Assembly: GCA_029288095.1 (NCBI GenBank)
Contig: JARFPW010000325.1
Span: 1-28,737, forward strand
DNA: 28,737 nt
Reading direction: 5' to 3'
Source: Gemmatimonadota bacterium
GTDB taxonomy: Bacteria > Gemmatimonadota > Gemmatimonadetes > Palauibacterales > Palauibacteraceae
Shown here: positions 27,763-28,737 of the stretch, one piece after another
Position numbering within the stretch: position 1 is the stretch's first letter
Layout: each line of letters opens with the position of its first letter
Notes under the pieces: generated by a model
What the model saw: the letters and a program-made list of their open reading frames with translations, nothing else
What the model was told of the DNA's origin: nothing
Databases searched by the model: none
Translations under genes and position numbers: made by a program

Positions 27763-28457
27763 CACCAGGCCCGCCATTCGAACTCGTCTTCCGTCTCTCC
27801 AACCGACTCATCGGCACGGGCCGGCTCACCGACGAGCGAATCTCGGGATTCATCTCGCTCGTAACGGCTTCGAGCCACCAGGAGCTCAAAGGTCGATCGC
27901 AGTTGGGCCACGCAGGCGTCGTAGGGGTCAAGCGACTCGGAGGCGCGTGACTGGACGATGCCACCCTCGGCGACGGCGAGAACGTGCTGGGCGAAGGCAC
28001 CGCGCTCCAGCCCTTCGGGCAACCGCGGGCCGGCAGCCTCCAGCCACTCTTGAACCTGCGCCACCCAGATCGCGAAATACCTCTCGATCAGCACTCGAAC
28101 CCTCGGAATGCCGCTGCCCACTTCGAGGGCCAGGCTTCCCACTGGACTGCCCAGCTTGCACCCGGAAACGAGCAACGTCCTGCGGTAGATGCCGAGCAAT
28201 GAGAACACATGTTCGAGGGGATCTTCCGTAACACTCTCCGCGGCAGCTCGCTCGAGGAACTGGGGACGCAGCATGTCCAGGTGGCGCTGCATGACGGCGA
28301 CCAACAGGTCTTCCTTGCTCGAGAAGAAGTGATACAGGCTTCCGCTCTTAACGCCGGCGACGCGGAGAATCCCGGCGACCCCCGTCGCATGGTAGCCCTG
28401 CTCGGCGAACAACCGTGCAGCGGCCTCCAGTATGCGGTCCTTCGTGTCGGTTGGCAT
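27762..28457 (-). CDS. TetR-family transcriptional regulator
   Basis: KDRILEAAARLFAEQGYHATGV...GSLYHFFSSKEDL; GCKLGS; start at MPTDTK. Confidence 0.92.
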   Translation of the reverse strand: MPTDTKDRILEAAARLFAEQGYHATGVAGILRVAGVKSGSLYHFFSSKEDLLVAVMQRHLDMLRPQFLERAAAESVTEDPLEHVFSLLGIYRRTLLVSGCKLGSPVGSLALEVGSGIPRVRVLIERYFAIWVAQVQEWLEAAGPRLPEGLERGAFAQHVLAVAEGGIVQSRASESLDPYDACVAQLRSTFELLVARSRYERDESRDSLVGEPARADESVGETEDEFEWRAW

Positions 28458-28460
28458 TGT

Positions 28461-28480
28461 TTGATAAACCAATCAATCAA
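28461..28480. promoter_or_regulatory. Candidate TetR operator
   Basis: AT-rich TTGAT-N10-ATCAA inverted repeat overlapping the putative -10 and start site. Confidence 0.5.
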
Positions 28481-28499
28481 GTGCCAGAGCCGCTGTCAA
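28471..28499 (-). promoter_or_regulatory. Candidate sigma-70 promoter for tetR-BMC operon
   Basis: TTGACA (28499-28494), 17-nt spacer, TGn-extended TTGATT (28476-28471). Confidence 0.55.
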
Positions 28500-28664
28500 G
28501 TCCTCCCAGCTATTTCGGGGAAAAGGGGCCGGTTTCGGACCCGGTTGCCGATCGGGGCCTCTCCGGTGCGTTCGGGCCCCGCAGGTCGGGTCAAAAATGG
28601 TTGAACGATCAATACAAAATGGCGTGAATTGCAGGCGTGATCGCCGTATTTGGTCGGGCTGACC

Positions 28665-28736
28665 TCACCCGAACAGGTCGGACTGCTCCTCTGCCGGACG
28701 AAGGCACTCTTCGTCGTCGTTTCGGACACTGTTTAC
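28665..28736 (-). CDS. 3' fragment of probable SOS-response-associated peptidase (SRAP/YedK/HMCES)
   Basis: Hand translation VNSVRNDDEECLRPAEEQSDLFG*, matching the SRAP C-terminal VNSxxNDxxxC(I/L)xP pattern; only 23 codons visible. Confidence 0.55.
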   Translation of the reverse strand, partial: VNSVRNDDEECLRPAEEQSDLFG

Positions 28737-28737
28737 C

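Larger units (their letters stand above)
22110..28457 (-). other. Bacterial microcompartment operon, SPU-like (DeoC + RpiB + AldDH)
   Basis: Ten co-oriented genes with short gaps or overlaps: six shell genes, three enzymes, one TetR. Confidence 0.9.

Noticed and set aside
28461-28616. FNR boxes (TTGAT...ATCAA)
   Set aside because: Spacers are 6, 10 or 2 nt, not the required 4
28496-28729. 77-aa minus-strand ORF from the track
   Set aside because: No motifs; overlaps the better-supported SRAP-like frame and the promoter region
1-28737. Mobile elements, prophage, tRNA/rRNA, defence systems
   Set aside because: No transposase, integrase, phage, structural RNA or defence-gene signatures seen

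Overview
GC-rich bacterial chromosomal window from a probable diderm (TonB-dependent receptor, lipoprotein, LPS-type glycosyltransferase); Gemmatimonadota-like gene content is only my inference. The first ~22 kb holds metabolic and envelope genes: korAB, an NSS/SNF transporter, an AI-2E transporter, class I fructose-bisphosphate aldolase, a lipoprotein, ornithine carbamoyltransferase, a DUF4105/Lnb-like protein, an orphan TadG-like pseudopilin, an ECF sigma/zinc anti-sigma/TonB-receptor cluster, an FprA-type reductase, kynB-kynU, two GT2s, a cold-shock protein with an acidic repeat tail, and pncB-pncA-GT2-HhH-tpiA. The standout is a compact minus-strand bacterial microcompartment operon (22110-28457): TetR, RpiB variant, DeoC/DERA, BMC-T(dp), BMC-H, BMC-P, acylating aldehyde dehydrogenase, BMC-T, BMC-P, BMC-P. 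It fits the sugar-phosphate-utilising (SPU) type. All three enzymes carry N-terminal encapsulation-peptide-like helices, RpiB has Asp in place of the catalytic Cys, no PduL/acetate kinase/alcohol dehydrogenase is present, and a TetR with a candidate promoter/operator heads the operon. The window ends in the probable 3' tail of an SRAP (YedK/HMCES) gene. No mobile elements, rRNA/tRNA or CRISPR arrays were seen. Family calls rest on recognised motifs, not database searches.
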